From a virus, in the IMG/VR virus record IMGVR_UViG_3300036770_008028, positions 93,499 to 157,498 of that record: 64,000 nt of DNA; one strand, written 5' to 3'. Position 1 is the stretch's first letter. Each line of letters begins with the position of its first letter. The position numbers and the translations under genes were made by a program. Below, one piece after another: positions 1-10,694 of the stretch. The notes below the pieces were generated by a model, which had not been told where the DNA came from, ran no database searches, and saw only the letters and a program-made list of their open reading frames with translations.

Positions 1-501
1 TCTGTTGGAGCCAGCTTGGACGCACAGGAAGAAAAAGCAGAATACATCCGGAAAGGCACTGATTGGGCCGCAGTAGAACAGAACAGACGAGACATGTTGG
101 CCATATGTCCAGAAGTGGATTTCTATGTATCCCCCACACTGAGTGTGCTCAATGCCTGGCATTTGCCTGATTTTCATCGATCCTGGGTTGATAAAGGCTT
201 GATACGAGCACAGGATCTTAATGTAAACATTTTGCAGGATCCGGCATATTATCGTATAGACATAGCGCCCATGGAGTACAAACAGCGATTGAGAGTGAAG
301 TTTGAAGAACATCTTGATTGGTTACGATCTCGAGACCCGTTGCAACGTGCTACAGTGGGATTTACCAGCGCGATTAAATTCATGATGGCCACCGATAACA
401 GTCATCTCCTTGACAAATTTTGGTCAAAAACCAAAGAACTGGATGCTATCCGAGGAGAAAACATACTGCAAGTGCTGCCAGAATTAGAGGCCATGCAATG
501 A
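1..501 (+). CDS. Radical SAM protein, C-terminal part (5' truncated by the window)
   Basis: Open from base 1. The SVGASLD...AEYIRKGTDW segment and the LDAIRGEN tail resemble the C-termini of the adjacent radical SAM paralogs. Confidence 0.7.
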   Translation, partial: SVGASLDAQEEKAEYIRKGTDWAAVEQNRRDMLAICPEVDFYVSPTLSVLNAWHLPDFHRSWVDKGLIRAQDLNVNILQDPAYYRIDIAPMEYKQRLRVKFEEHLDWLRSRDPLQRATVGFTSAIKFMMATDNSHLLDKFWSKTKELDAIRGENILQVLPELEAMQ

Positions 502-1715
502 ATGTGCCTCACGAAAAATTCTGTATCCTGCCCTGGATCAGTTTAGAAGCCAGCCCTGTTGGCACAGTGCGACCTTGTTGTCTGGCAGAAGAAGAGATCT
601 CTGACGATGACGGAAACAAGTTTGAATTGATCGACGCAGAATTTTCTTCAGTGCAAAACAGTAGATACATGCGAGATCTCAGACAGCAATTCTTGGATCA
701 AAAACAACCACGCACCTGTCGCAAATGCTGGAACGAGGAGCGTGCTGGCCGGACCTCCAAGCGCATGCATACCTTGGACCGTCTCAAACACATGGTCACG
801 GACCGTGATTGGACCGCAGATGCCAAGCCATTGATGTTCTTGGATCTCAAATTGGGAAATATCTGTAATCTCAAATGCCGTATCTGTGGGTCATGGAGCA
901 GCAGCCAGTTTGCCGCCGAAGAGTTGCATTTCTTGAGGCAAGAAGAAAAAAAGACCAGTGTACACTATGAGATGCTGAAAAAAGGAGCATGGCCTCGAGA
1001 GAACAAACGATTCTGGCAAGAAGTCGACACTGTGCTTGACCAGATACGCTATATCGAATTCACCGGCGGCGAACCTTTCATGATACGTGAGCACTTTGAA
1101 ATGTTACAGGGCATCGTGGATCGTGGTATCGCACACCAGGTCGAGATACACTATAATACCAATGGTACACAATGGCCGGAAGCTGCCGAACAGATCTGGC
1201 AGCACTTCAAAACAGTAGAGATCGCTTTCAGCATCGACGACCTTGACAGCAGATTTGAGTATCAAAGAACCAATGCGATATGGCAAGAAGTGATCACGAA
1301 TCTACAGCGTTTCCGAGATCTTAGGTCTCGATACAAAAATATAACTCTGCAGGTATGTTCCACAGTGAACGTGTTCAATGTGTTTTATCTTGAAAGCCTG
1401 GCACACTGGATAGACTCTCAGGATTTTGATTTCATTTATTGGAACATGCTACACGAGGCCTATTATCTTTCTGTGGGCACCATGCCAGACAAGGCCAAAC
1501 AAGAAGCCATACGTAGGTTAGAAAACGCCGAGGTGAGAGATTTCCATCGCAGCGAATTCAATCGAGTGGCTGATTTCATCCGCAATGGTAACAGCCTGGA
1601 CGGGAATATCTTGCGCATGAAAGTGGCCGACCTAGATCGCAAACGCAGTACGGATCTCAGAGTGGATCATCTGGATCTGGCCTTGGCCATTGATTACAAC
1701 GGTCCCAATGGATAA
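498..1715 (+). CDS. Radical SAM protein with N-terminal SPASM/twitch-like Cys cluster
   Basis: CNLKCRIC (CxxxCxxC) and FTGGEP motifs; N-terminal C..PW...PCC...CxxCW. ATG at 498 overlaps the upstream stop (ATGA). Confidence 0.9.
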   Translation: MNVPHEKFCILPWISLEASPVGTVRPCCLAEEEISDDDGNKFELIDAEFSSVQNSRYMRDLRQQFLDQKQPRTCRKCWNEERAGRTSKRMHTLDRLKHMVTDRDWTADAKPLMFLDLKLGNICNLKCRICGSWSSSQFAAEELHFLRQEEKKTSVHYEMLKKGAWPRENKRFWQEVDTVLDQIRYIEFTGGEPFMIREHFEMLQGIVDRGIAHQVEIHYNTNGTQWPEAAEQIWQHFKTVEIAFSIDDLDSRFEYQRTNAIWQEVITNLQRFRDLRSRYKNITLQVCSTVNVFNVFYLESLAHWIDSQDFDFIYWNMLHEAYYLSVGTMPDKAKQEAIRRLENAEVRDFHRSEFNRVADFIRNGNSLDGNILRMKVADLDRKRSTDLRVDHLDLALAIDYNGPNG

Positions 1716-3006
1716 ACCGACTACCTTGTGTATGGCGCCCTGGACTCATACCTATCTGAGTCCGCAGACTGAGCGTCGCCTGTGCTGCGCCAGCCGAGAA
1801 CCTGCACAGAATTTCCAGCAGTACATTGACACAGCCGCGGGCACAGGCGAATACATTCCCATCACGCTGGAACAGCACTGGAACTCGGAACACATGCGTT
1901 CGGTTCGCAGGCGCATGATGGCCGGAGAGATCTTGCCCGAATGCGACGTGTGCAACAACAAACTGTTGAACACCGATGTATATCGCACATACTTCAATGG
2001 ATTGTTCGGTCACAAATACCAAGAGGCCATGCACAGCACAGACCAAGATGGCCGTACCACTATGCTGCCAGTGAGCTGGGATTATCGATTCAGTAATCTC
2101 TGTAATTTCAAATGTCGTACCTGTGGCGACATGCTGAGTTCGGCATGGGAAAGTGAACAACGGCAGCACAAAATGATAGATTGGACCAATCCTAAGAACG
2201 GTTGGATGGTTCCAGCAGTACGTCAAGAAATCGTCAAGTTCCAAGAAACTCAGATAGAACAAGAATTCGCAGAAGCAGTAGAACAACACCGTGTGGAAGA
2301 AATATATTGGGTGGGAGGCGAGCCATTGATGTATGAGCAACACTGGCGATACATGAAACGTATCGTAGAACTCGGTGATGGACCCAGACTCTATGCCAGA
2401 TATAATACCAATCTCTCTAGGGTAGATTATCGCGGTATCAATCTTTATCTGGACATCCTACGTCATGTAAGAGATTGGCAGATCTGCGCCAGCCTCGATG
2501 GAACCGGTGCTGTGGGAGAATATATCCGCACCGGACTTGACTACGAGCAGTGGAAACAAAACTTTGCTCGCGGACTAGACATATCCCGCCATCGCAGGCA
2601 GATGAGAATCGACTTCACTCTTACACTTCCGGGACTGTTCGAAGTAGCCAATATTCAAGCATTGTCTCAAGAATTTGACGTGGACATCCTGGCCAAGGTT
2701 GTGTTCAGTTTCACGCCGGACATCATAATGAGTCCGTTGGTATTACCACGTAATTTACTGGATCGCATGATAGATCGATCACTAGATGGTCTACCCCCGG
2801 GCGCACTGCGAGACGTATTGACTCAATTAAAAACCAGACCAACCTTCCAGGAACAATGGCCGGATACATGGCAGGCAGGATTGATCAAAGGCAAGCGACG
2901 AATTCTCAAGATTGAAAGTGTACGCAATGATACCTACAAATTTGAGGACATCATACAACAAGATGAGGAGATATATGCCTGGTGGCAAGATATTAGAACG
3001 GATTGA
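1708..3006 (+). CDS. Radical SAM protein with N-terminal SPASM/twitch-like Cys cluster
   Basis: CNFKCRTC, VGGEP, YNTN and SLDG motifs. Confidence 0.9.
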   Translation: MDKPTTLCMAPWTHTYLSPQTERRLCCASREPAQNFQQYIDTAAGTGEYIPITLEQHWNSEHMRSVRRRMMAGEILPECDVCNNKLLNTDVYRTYFNGLFGHKYQEAMHSTDQDGRTTMLPVSWDYRFSNLCNFKCRTCGDMLSSAWESEQRQHKMIDWTNPKNGWMVPAVRQEIVKFQETQIEQEFAEAVEQHRVEEIYWVGGEPLMYEQHWRYMKRIVELGDGPRLYARYNTNLSRVDYRGINLYLDILRHVRDWQICASLDGTGAVGEYIRTGLDYEQWKQNFARGLDISRHRRQMRIDFTLTLPGLFEVANIQALSQEFDVDILAKVVFSFTPDIIMSPLVLPRNLLDRMIDRSLDGLPPGALRDVLTQLKTRPTFQEQWPDTWQAGLIKGKRRILKIESVRNDTYKFEDIIQQDEEIYAWWQDIRTD

Positions 3007-4069
3007 AATAGGTTTACGCAACACAACCGATGAATCGATTCTCAGGATTTATATGGATGCCTATGATAACAGCTTGAGTCGAAAATGGCTGCAATCACTA
3101 GAGCACTGCCTGGCGGAACAATATCATCTAGAGAAAAATTACTGTTTCATGGGCTTTGTCACACATCGTCGTGACGGCGAATTTATTCTGCGTCAGATCA
3201 ACAACTCGATCGCAGCCATCAATGACAGTGCGCTGCCATATCACATAGATGATCAGTTTACCATGGAGAACACTATCCATGAGCATCCGTTGCCTGGCTG
3301 GCAGCATGGTAAAATGCTGAATCAAGATAAATTTAATGCGCTACATAGATATTTTGAAGATCTACAAGGAGTCAGCGGCAATCTCAGTGGATTATACAAA
3401 CAGGCCACTGCTGAGATTCGTTGGCACATCAGGCAATTGAATTTGCTCTGTCACGAATTTGAAACATGGGCAATCAGTTATCGCAAATTACACATGGCAC
3501 CCGAATGGCAGAGACCAAGTCAATTGATGTGCTGGCTAAATGCTCCAAGATTTATGCTGGATCAAGAAGACTACGAACTTTTTGGCATTGACACCATCAA
3601 TAGATCACTGGGCGGAGTGTTTGTGGGTGTAAACAAAGCTGTGGGCAAACATCATTGGGAGGTTTTCCATGATGAAGGTAGGGACAGTAGAATAAATGAA
3701 CTTACAACGTCAACCATGAAGGTTCAGACAGAGGCTTCGGCAGATTTTGACATTGAGTGGGCCAGAGATCCCGGTGGGTTTGACTGGCAGATACAGGAAC
3801 TCAATGAATTTCGACGATGGTTGATAGTCAATGGATTTGATCCAGAAGACAAATCATTGACCATCGGTCATCCTCAGATTGGCCAGATAGATCTTTTGAA
3901 CTCCTTTGGTACAGACCATTATGACAGCATATGGAAAATATTGTCCCAGCATCTAGATGTGAAATACATAAAGACATCGACGGTTAGAGCGGATTATCCT
4001 TACTGTTGGAGCGATCAAGATTTCATGCATCAACAGATAGAATTGATTGAAAATGGAGCATCATTATGA
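2975..4069 (+). CDS. Hypothetical protein
   Basis: Long ORF in the operon; GAGGAG Shine-Dalgarno before ATG 2975; no recognised motif. Confidence 0.7.
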   Translation: MPGGKILERIEIGLRNTTDESILRIYMDAYDNSLSRKWLQSLEHCLAEQYHLEKNYCFMGFVTHRRDGEFILRQINNSIAAINDSALPYHIDDQFTMENTIHEHPLPGWQHGKMLNQDKFNALHRYFEDLQGVSGNLSGLYKQATAEIRWHIRQLNLLCHEFETWAISYRKLHMAPEWQRPSQLMCWLNAPRFMLDQEDYELFGIDTINRSLGGVFVGVNKAVGKHHWEVFHDEGRDSRINELTTSTMKVQTEASADFDIEWARDPGGFDWQIQELNEFRRWLIVNGFDPEDKSLTIGHPQIGQIDLLNSFGTDHYDSIWKILSQHLDVKYIKTSTVRADYPYCWSDQDFMHQQIELIENGASL

Positions 4070-4167
4070 AATGGCTTAAAAATATTTTCTACAAGATACG
4101 CCTGGAAGTGCGTTACCGGAAAAAATTACGAGACCTGCGCAAAAGAGATCCGTTTATCTATAAATGA
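4066..4167 (+). CDS. 33-aa basic peptide MKWLKNIFYKIRLEVRYRKKLRDLRKRDPFIYK
   Basis: Not in the ORF track. Overlaps both neighbours by ATGA coupling. The PFIY end resembles small proteins found beside carbamoyltransferases. Confidence 0.65.
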   Translation: MKWLKNIFYKIRLEVRYRKKLRDLRKRDPFIYK

Positions 4168-4814
4168 AACTTTTGACACTGGGATGTAGTTTTACCCGAG
4201 GCAGCGAATTAGTAGAACCAAATGTCACGTCGTGGCCAGTCGTGTTGGCCACAAAGTTGGGATGGGACGTCGATAACCGCGCAGAATTTAATGGTAGCAA
4301 TGACATGATGTTTCGTAAGGCCATAGAGCGAGATCAAGATTACGATCTTGTCATAGTGGCCTGGAGTGAGGCACATCGCATGGAAGTGTGGCTCAATGAC
4401 AAGATAATTTCAGCACGCCGACGCCATCCCATTGGGCCGTTCAGTGTGAATCACAATTCAGCAGGACAGACACTGGAATGGGTGAAACCTTTTTTCGCCA
4501 ACCACTACGACGAACAGTATTTCTTGAGAAAGTGGTTGTGCCAAGCGGTAAGTTTACAGGATCATTTCAAACTGCACAGTCAGCGCTATGTTTTTCTCAC
4601 GGCTTTTGGCAACGAGGAACCTTTGAAAAACTATCAAGGTGTGTTAAAATCTAAGATTGACACAGATCGTTGGGTAGGATGGCCGGATCAGAGTATCATG
4701 ACATGGACTGCGGGTCTGCCCTATGGTCCCTACGGACACCCACTAGAACAAGGACATGCTGTAGTGGCAGATAAAATCTATGAACATATTAGGCATCTCG
4801 GCTGGGTTTCATGA
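4164..4814 (+). CDS. SGNH/GDSL-like hydrolase or acyltransferase-fold protein
   Basis: N-terminal GCSFT, GSN block, and C-terminal GHPLEQGH. Confidence 0.65.
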   Translation: MKLLTLGCSFTRGSELVEPNVTSWPVVLATKLGWDVDNRAEFNGSNDMMFRKAIERDQDYDLVIVAWSEAHRMEVWLNDKIISARRRHPIGPFSVNHNSAGQTLEWVKPFFANHYDEQYFLRKWLCQAVSLQDHFKLHSQRYVFLTAFGNEEPLKNYQGVLKSKIDTDRWVGWPDQSIMTWTAGLPYGPYGHPLEQGHAVVADKIYEHIRHLGWVS

Positions 4815-6261
4815 TGCTGCTGTGAGCATTGTGTCGCCTCAGGGCGACATACTGTTCGCCGGTCACAGTGAACGTTATAGCCGTATCAAGAATGACTCCA
4901 GCATACATCCAGATCTGCTGAAAGAATGCTGCGACTATGAGTTTGATACCGTGGCCTTCTATGAACGTCCTTGGATGCACAATTATCAACAGTGGAGATC
5001 TGGACAACGGGTCTACGGACCCTGGACCACCCGACAGGCTATACGACAGCATCTTGGTTCATGGTATCAACATCCGGCCAGGCGAGAAGTCAGTTATCGC
5101 CATCATCTCAGCCATGCCGCATCTGGATTCCAGACTTCACCTTTCCAGGAAGCTGCTGTGGTAGTGATAGATGCCATCGGCGAGATGGATACCATATCAA
5201 TCTGGCAGGCCCACTACGATGATCGTGGTCAAGCACAGTACCGATTGCGCTGGCGTCAAGGCTATCCACACAGCATAGGATTGTTTTATTCTGCAGTGAC
5301 CAAGGCCGTGGGACTGAAACCCATGGAAGAAGAATACATCACCATGGGCATGGCTGCATATGGCACGGGTCTGGGCACAGCCTGGATGAAACAACAGGTC
5401 ATTGACAGCATGACGGATGTGCGCTTCCTGCGCAATCTACATATTGGGTTTGACGACCATGAGTGGTCATCTTACCACAAAGAAGATCTGGCTGCAGCAG
5501 CACAACATCTCACTGAACTGTTGATCCGCAATGTGATGCTGCGCGCCAGGTCCTTGATCCACAGCGACAACTTGGTTTACATGGGCGGAGTGGCCTTGAA
5601 CTGTGTAGCAAACTCTAGACTAGGAGACATCTATGACAAAATCTGGATCATGCCCAACCCGGGCGATGCGGGTTCCAGCCTTGGAGCCGCCGCTCTGGCT
5701 CACGGAGGACGGCTTCGCTGGCGCGATGCTTTTCTTGGGCACGATATCCATGGTGCTTACCCTGTTCGCGATGTTCTTGATCATCTCCATACCCATCGTA
5801 TCGTTGGCGTGGCTAGCGGTCGCGCTGAATGGGGCCCGCGAGCGCTGGGGAATCGTAGCCTACTCGCAGACCCCCGAGGGTCTGAAATCAAGGATCGGGT
5901 GAATGAGATCAAACGCAGACAGAAATTCCGACCCTTTGCTCCAGTCATACTGGAAGAGTTGGCTGATGAGTATTTTGCTATGCCCCGCGGCTGGGGTCAT
6001 TGCCGTTACATGCAGTCAGTCGCTCGTTGTCGGGAGCCTGACCGTTTTCCTGCTATATGCCATGTTGATGGCACCAGCCGAGTACAGACAGTACCGCAGG
6101 ATGGTTCAGGCATCCGGCAACTCCTAGAGCAATGGTATCTGCTCACAGGATGTCCTATGCTGCTGAACACCAGTCTCAACATCCGAGGAGAACCCGTGGT
6201 CAACGATCGTGCGGATGCTGACCGATTCGAACAACTGTATGGCGTGAAAGTGTGTAGTTAG
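4780..6261 (+). CDS. Carbamoyltransferase (NodU/CmcH/TobZ family)
   Basis: ILGISAGFHDAA, HHLSHAA, GGVALNC, GPRALGNRS, FRPFAP and LLNTSLN motifs. Confidence 0.95.
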   Translation: MNILGISAGFHDAAVSIVSPQGDILFAGHSERYSRIKNDSSIHPDLLKECCDYEFDTVAFYERPWMHNYQQWRSGQRVYGPWTTRQAIRQHLGSWYQHPARREVSYRHHLSHAASGFQTSPFQEAAVVVIDAIGEMDTISIWQAHYDDRGQAQYRLRWRQGYPHSIGLFYSAVTKAVGLKPMEEEYITMGMAAYGTGLGTAWMKQQVIDSMTDVRFLRNLHIGFDDHEWSSYHKEDLAAAAQHLTELLIRNVMLRARSLIHSDNLVYMGGVALNCVANSRLGDIYDKIWIMPNPGDAGSSLGAAALAHGGRLRWRDAFLGHDIHGAYPVRDVLDHLHTHRIVGVASGRAEWGPRALGNRSLLADPRGSEIKDRVNEIKRRQKFRPFAPVILEELADEYFAMPRGWGHCRYMQSVARCREPDRFPAICHVDGTSRVQTVPQDGSGIRQLLEQWYLLTGCPMLLNTSLNIRGEPVVNDRADADRFEQLYGVKVCS

Positions 6262-7283
6262 AGATAGGACTCTAGTCCGCCACGGCGGCGTATGTCTTGA
6301 GTGCAACAACTGATTCCGCCGTCCCAGAAATAACTGTGACGCAGCTCTGACACGATGGGTTCTATGCGATGTCGACGGCAGAAATCAAACACATCTCGAT
6401 TGTAGGCTGAAAATATCACGTGACTCTCGTCTAGCACCAAGCAGTTGACATCAAACACTGTCTCGGCCACGAATCCGGTCCACTTCTTGAGATAGGTATC
6501 AACGAATGCTGTGAATTCTGGAGTAGGAGTCTGTCCCTGCACATACCAAGCTCCCGGAGATTCTTCATATTTGAACTTGCCTACTTCCATGGCAGCCCAG
6601 ATAGAACTGTCCCAAATCTTCAGCACTTCCCAACCGGGAAAGTCTCTGGCCAGATCTAGATTGACATCGTGCTTGCTGCTGAGGATCACTCCGGGTTTGA
6701 GGATCGCGAATACAGCATCTCCATGCCCATCTGTGACAGCTTCATGTACGCGATATTCTGGACCCAGCACGTTATCCACGATCCAGCGAGTCTGTTCCGG
6801 GCGCAGGAAATCGCTGTTGTCGAAAAACACGTCCTGACCCACTCTCACGATACAACTGGCGCTGGCTCCGTTGAGTATGCAGTCGGGATTCCAAGTACCG
6901 CCATGGGGATCTATCACCGCTGCTCCATAACTCTGACAGATGCGATCTAGTTCTGGCATGGGCAACACACGCAGGAGTTTTTGTCCCAGCGTGATCTGCC
7001 AGTCTCTGGGAGTGAGTGGCGGCAACGGAGCACCCTGTCCCGAAGTCTGTTGCTGTTGGAACTGGTCTTTATCTGGTAGATCCGGTCTCAGCACACGTGC
7101 ACCAAACTGTTCTATGGTGCGCTGCAAATTATCGAGATCTTCCGCGGTCTCTGACAGGATCTGTTGTAGTTGATTCCTGACCTGCGCATCTTCTATGAAA
7201 TCAAAATAGTCGGGATCATAGGCACGCCCCACTATGACTTCTTCCAATGGTTGCCAACTGGTGTATGAGTTTACTGATGACAT
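6258..7283 (-). CDS. Amidinotransferase (glycine/inosamine-phosphate amidinotransferase family)
   Basis: LEEVIVG, TPRD, GHGD, FDVN and DGGISCCT motifs (penteine fold, catalytic Cys). Confidence 0.88.
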   Translation of the reverse strand: MSSVNSYTSWQPLEEVIVGRAYDPDYFDFIEDAQVRNQLQQILSETAEDLDNLQRTIEQFGARVLRPDLPDKDQFQQQQTSGQGAPLPPLTPRDWQITLGQKLLRVLPMPELDRICQSYGAAVIDPHGGTWNPDCILNGASASCIVRVGQDVFFDNSDFLRPEQTRWIVDNVLGPEYRVHEAVTDGHGDAVFAILKPGVILSSKHDVNLDLARDFPGWEVLKIWDSSIWAAMEVGKFKYEESPGAWYVQGQTPTPEFTAFVDTYLKKWTGFVAETVFDVNCLVLDESHVIFSAYNRDVFDFCRRHRIEPIVSELRHSYFWDGGISCCTQDIRRRGGLESYL

Positions 7284-8458
7284 CGTAATCCTTGTATCAA
7301 AATATTTAATCTATCGCGCTTGGAGCTCAAGAAAAGTTGTTGATTGTGGGCGACGATATCCCAATTTTCGAGATACAACTGATGCAATGATTCTAGATCC
7401 ATGGCCAATAGTCTTTTTGTTTCCGCCATGGCTGCTTGATATCTTTCAGTGGTATCAGATATATCGTCGTAGCTATTATCTATTCCCCTGGGCAATCGGT
7501 AGCCAAGATCAGTCAGTGTGCGTAAAGTCCGCGAACATCCCAATACTACAAATGGCTGTGCATGTTTCAATGGTTTGAAGATTTTTTCAGTTAGAAAAGC
7601 ACCACCACTCTGATCTGCATCCATGTGTGTTTCCAGCACCAGATTAAAATAAGAATCTGAATAATGCTGATCCACATGTAGACTATGATCATTGTGTTGA
7701 TCGCTGGTGAGATCGTCTGCAGCGAAAGGGCAACAAGCAAGGAACGCATCAAGACTTGATCTGAGACCGAGAAAACGATCTATTTCTATAGGATTATCTT
7801 CGCTGCGATCGCCCACAGACACAGAATTGTCGTAACTGAAAAAAACGTCTCGAGCAAGATCCAAACGCCAAATGTCGGCCATGGCAGTGGCACGCCACCA
7901 TTTGTGAGTCCTTACCAGGGCAGTGCATTTATGAGATCTTGGTCGGTCGTGCATCTCGGCGGCCGGGATGTCTTGATTACGCAGGCGGTACAACAGTTCA
8001 TCGTCCGCGAAATACACACATTGTGATAGATCGTTGGCCCGTGTGTTAGCGGAAACCAGCCATATGCGATCAGCACAGATACCGGCCTCTTGTGCTTGCT
8101 GATATAGATGCTGTTGTATTTTCTGTGGATCGTCACCTTCGCTGTACCAAAACAACAGTTTCATGAGTCTGTGTTTTAGTCTGTCCAATGCAGCGGGAGA
8201 TAGAAGTTCAAACCATCGTACACCAAAATCAAAAAAAGAAACAGACACGATGTAAAAACTATCTCTGTCGCTGCGATCCACGGTCTGTATTTCGTGATCC
8301 ACATGTTCGGTCCGGAGATAATCCAGGAGCATAGGAGGTTCTGAATACGGCCATGTCACGCTGAATTTTTTCCAAGATTCCTCTCCTGGTGTGGCCACGT
8401 GTGTCGCTAGATTTGGGTAGAATCTATTTCGTACCTGTTGATCGATTATCAATTTCAT
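7271..8458 (-). CDS. Glycosyltransferase-like protein (ET..FLTEK..K...QPF family)
   Basis: LVLETH...FLTEKIFKPLKHAQPF...LGY...DNSYD. Start placed at the ATGA overlap. Confidence 0.6.
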   Translation of the reverse strand: MKLIIDQQVRNRFYPNLATHVATPGEESWKKFSVTWPYSEPPMLLDYLRTEHVDHEIQTVDRSDRDSFYIVSVSFFDFGVRWFELLSPAALDRLKHRLMKLLFWYSEGDDPQKIQQHLYQQAQEAGICADRIWLVSANTRANDLSQCVYFADDELLYRLRNQDIPAAEMHDRPRSHKCTALVRTHKWWRATAMADIWRLDLARDVFFSYDNSVSVGDRSEDNPIEIDRFLGLRSSLDAFLACCPFAADDLTSDQHNDHSLHVDQHYSDSYFNLVLETHMDADQSGGAFLTEKIFKPLKHAQPFVVLGCSRTLRTLTDLGYRLPRGIDNSYDDISDTTERYQAAMAETKRLLAMDLESLHQLYLENWDIVAHNQQLFLSSKRDRLNILIQGLRCHQ

Positions 8459-9615
8459 TTCAGCAACCTGATCATTGGTTCTAATGCGAGCCATTGGCGT
8501 TGGGAAAACCAATATCGATTCCACTCAACGTCGTGTAGACAGCGACGATATAGATCTTTTATCTTTGAAGATTTGATATCTTGGAGCAACTTTTTGATCG
8601 CTAGCCATCTTTCTGTGGGGTCAGAGATACCATCATAACTGTTGTCCAACACAGAATCAAACACCCTGTAGCCCAGATCTCTGAGATGTTGCAAAGTTCC
8701 TGCTGGTCCAACGATCACAAAAGGTTGCGCATACTTGATGCATTTCCATGTTTTTTCAGTCAAGAAAGTACCGTCGCTCTGATCTGCGTCAAAATGTGTT
8801 TCCATGACGACGTGGAAACAAGATCGACTGTACAATTCTTCGTTGACATAGCGATGATCATTTTTCTGGGCACGGTCAAGATCGTCACAGATGTAGGGGC
8901 CGCTAGATAAAAATTCGCCGGTTGCTTTCTCCCAACCTGGAACGGTTTTTATAGATATAGGGTTGTCTATGTCGCTGTCAATGATTTTAACAGAAGTATC
9001 ATAACTCCAAAGACTATTTTCTAGCAGTCCTTCCCTCCAGAGATCCGTCACACAAGACAGTCTCCACCATTTGTTTACACGGTTTAACAGAGTAAAATCA
9101 TGCTCCGGAATGCTGTCTATCTGTTTTCTAGGAGACTGATTCCTGTTGACATATCTGAAAAAACATTCGTGGTCGTCGAAATAGTTCTCTGCCGCGGTAT
9201 TGGCCGAGACAAATATGAATCGATCTAGTAGACCATGCGCTGTTGCTAACTCAACGAGTCTCGACGAGATCCTCGAAGGATTGTCTCCTTCGTGATAATA
9301 AAATAAAATCTTAAATTTTCCCTGCTTCGCCCGGTCTCTGGTAACCTCAGGAATCAGCGAAAAATAATCTATATCAAAGTCAAACCAGTTCAATCCAATA
9401 GGGTACCAACCGTTTTCTGCCCATTGGGTCTGTTCCACTCTATATGATATGTGGTTGTGATCTAGATACATCAAAAATCTAAAAGGTATGACCCAAGGCC
9501 AATGCTGTCCAAATTCGTGCCATTCTTTGGTGAAAGGTTCCGCTTCCATGAGAGACAGATTCGGATGGCCGATATTACTGCCCGCTGTGTGATCGTATAC
9601 CCAAGTCAATTGCAT
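8455..9615 (-). CDS. Glycosyltransferase-like protein, paralog of 7271-8458
   Basis: VVMETHFDADQSDGTFLTEKTWKCIKYAQPF; clearly similar to its neighbour. Confidence 0.6.
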   Translation of the reverse strand: MQLTWVYDHTAGSNIGHPNLSLMEAEPFTKEWHEFGQHWPWVIPFRFLMYLDHNHISYRVEQTQWAENGWYPIGLNWFDFDIDYFSLIPEVTRDRAKQGKFKILFYYHEGDNPSRISSRLVELATAHGLLDRFIFVSANTAAENYFDDHECFFRYVNRNQSPRKQIDSIPEHDFTLLNRVNKWWRLSCVTDLWREGLLENSLWSYDTSVKIIDSDIDNPISIKTVPGWEKATGEFLSSGPYICDDLDRAQKNDHRYVNEELYSRSCFHVVMETHFDADQSDGTFLTEKTWKCIKYAQPFVIVGPAGTLQHLRDLGYRVFDSVLDNSYDGISDPTERWLAIKKLLQDIKSSKIKDLYRRCLHDVEWNRYWFSQRQWLALEPMIRLLK

Positions 9616-10694
9616 GATACTTTGATGGAATCCAACATCTGTGTTAATTCCTTCCACAGTATTGATTCGAAATCACCTCCATAGAAGTGTCGGAAATTGT
9701 GTTCCACCGTGGATCGGGCATGCCGATGATATTGTGAGAGTTCATGAGCACTGCAGTCGTCGAGGTGTTTGAGCAGATCAGCCACGGCAATCAAACGATC
9801 ATGATCGTTCATGGTATCATAGTCTTCAGACCATAGATGATCAAAAGTCTGGAATCCATAACGCCGTAGATATTCTAAACTACCTTGTGTGGATACCATC
9901 ACGAAAGGCATCCGCAGGCAGATGGGTTTGAATGTTTTCTCGGTGAGGTGATTCCTACGTCCTGTATACACAGTCTCAGTGATCACATGTGCCAGGCTAG
10001 TGGCATTTTCCGCAAACAGACTCAACCAGCAACTGTGCATGGGATGGTCAGTTTCGCCCGGAAAACACATGGGCAATGATGCTTCGCGGAAAGTTTGTTG
10101 CACTGTTGGTCCGAACTTTGCACTGAGTTCTACCACATCCTGCCCCTCTACTGGGCATACCCAGGGAAAACTGATCCAGGCGTTGCGGACCTTTCTTTCC
10201 AGGAGATGATACATCAACAAGATTCGATGATCTCTTTTACCGCCGATTATACGGTTGGGACTGATAAAACTGCGGGTGATTTTCCTCTGCTCTGGCGGTG
10301 CGATCAAGAAGGTACGATCATACCCTCTGTACCAATCTAGGGCAGCCCATCCATGGAAAAAATAATAGAATGGAGTGAATCCATATTCTTTACACAGTGC
10401 GTCCACAAACTCGCTTTCTGACTCGCTGGTAATTATTATTTTTTGTCCCTCTATATCGCTATTTTTTTCTCGCACTGCATCAAACAAAGGTTGATGTGTG
10501 TCCAAATGAATAGGCTCTTGGTCGTGAAGTAATATATAATGTTGTTCGTAGTCTATATCCTGGCCAAAATTAAACAGGCTGTCGGGATCAGATCTCCCCG
10601 GAGGGTCACAGAACCACATGCGTGTAGGTAAAGTGATGTTGTTTCTGATCCAGGGCCAGAATATGTTGTTGTAAATCTCATCTATACGGATCAT
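9606..10694 (-). CDS. Glycosyltransferase-like protein (same family)
   Basis: HVITETVY...HLTEKTFKPICLRMPF...GFQTF...EDYD. Confidence 0.6.
   Translation of the reverse strand: MIRIDEIYNNIFWPWIRNNITLPTRMWFCDPPGRSDPDSLFNFGQDIDYEQHYILLHDQEPIHLDTHQPLFDAVREKNSDIEGQKIIITSESESEFVDALCKEYGFTPFYYFFHGWAALDWYRGYDRTFLIAPPEQRKITRSFISPNRIIGGKRDHRILLMYHLLERKVRNAWISFPWVCPVEGQDVVELSAKFGPTVQQTFREASLPMCFPGETDHPMHSCWLSLFAENATSLAHVITETVYTGRRNHLTEKTFKPICLRMPFVMVSTQGSLEYLRRYGFQTFDHLWSEDYDTMNDHDRLIAVADLLKHLDDCSAHELSQYHRHARSTVEHNFRHFYGGDFESILWKELTQMLDSIKVSCN

Noticed and set aside
1657-2343. Long antisense ORFs (e.g. 1657-2343, 35688-36281, 50418-51167)
   Set aside because: They are shadows of well-supported genes on the opposite strand and have no motifs of their own.
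4066-7283. Saxitoxin-like cluster (SxtI/K/L/G analogues)
   Set aside because: The enzyme families overlap, but there is no SxtA-like PKS or other core gene, and the sugar-enzyme context explains the genes better.
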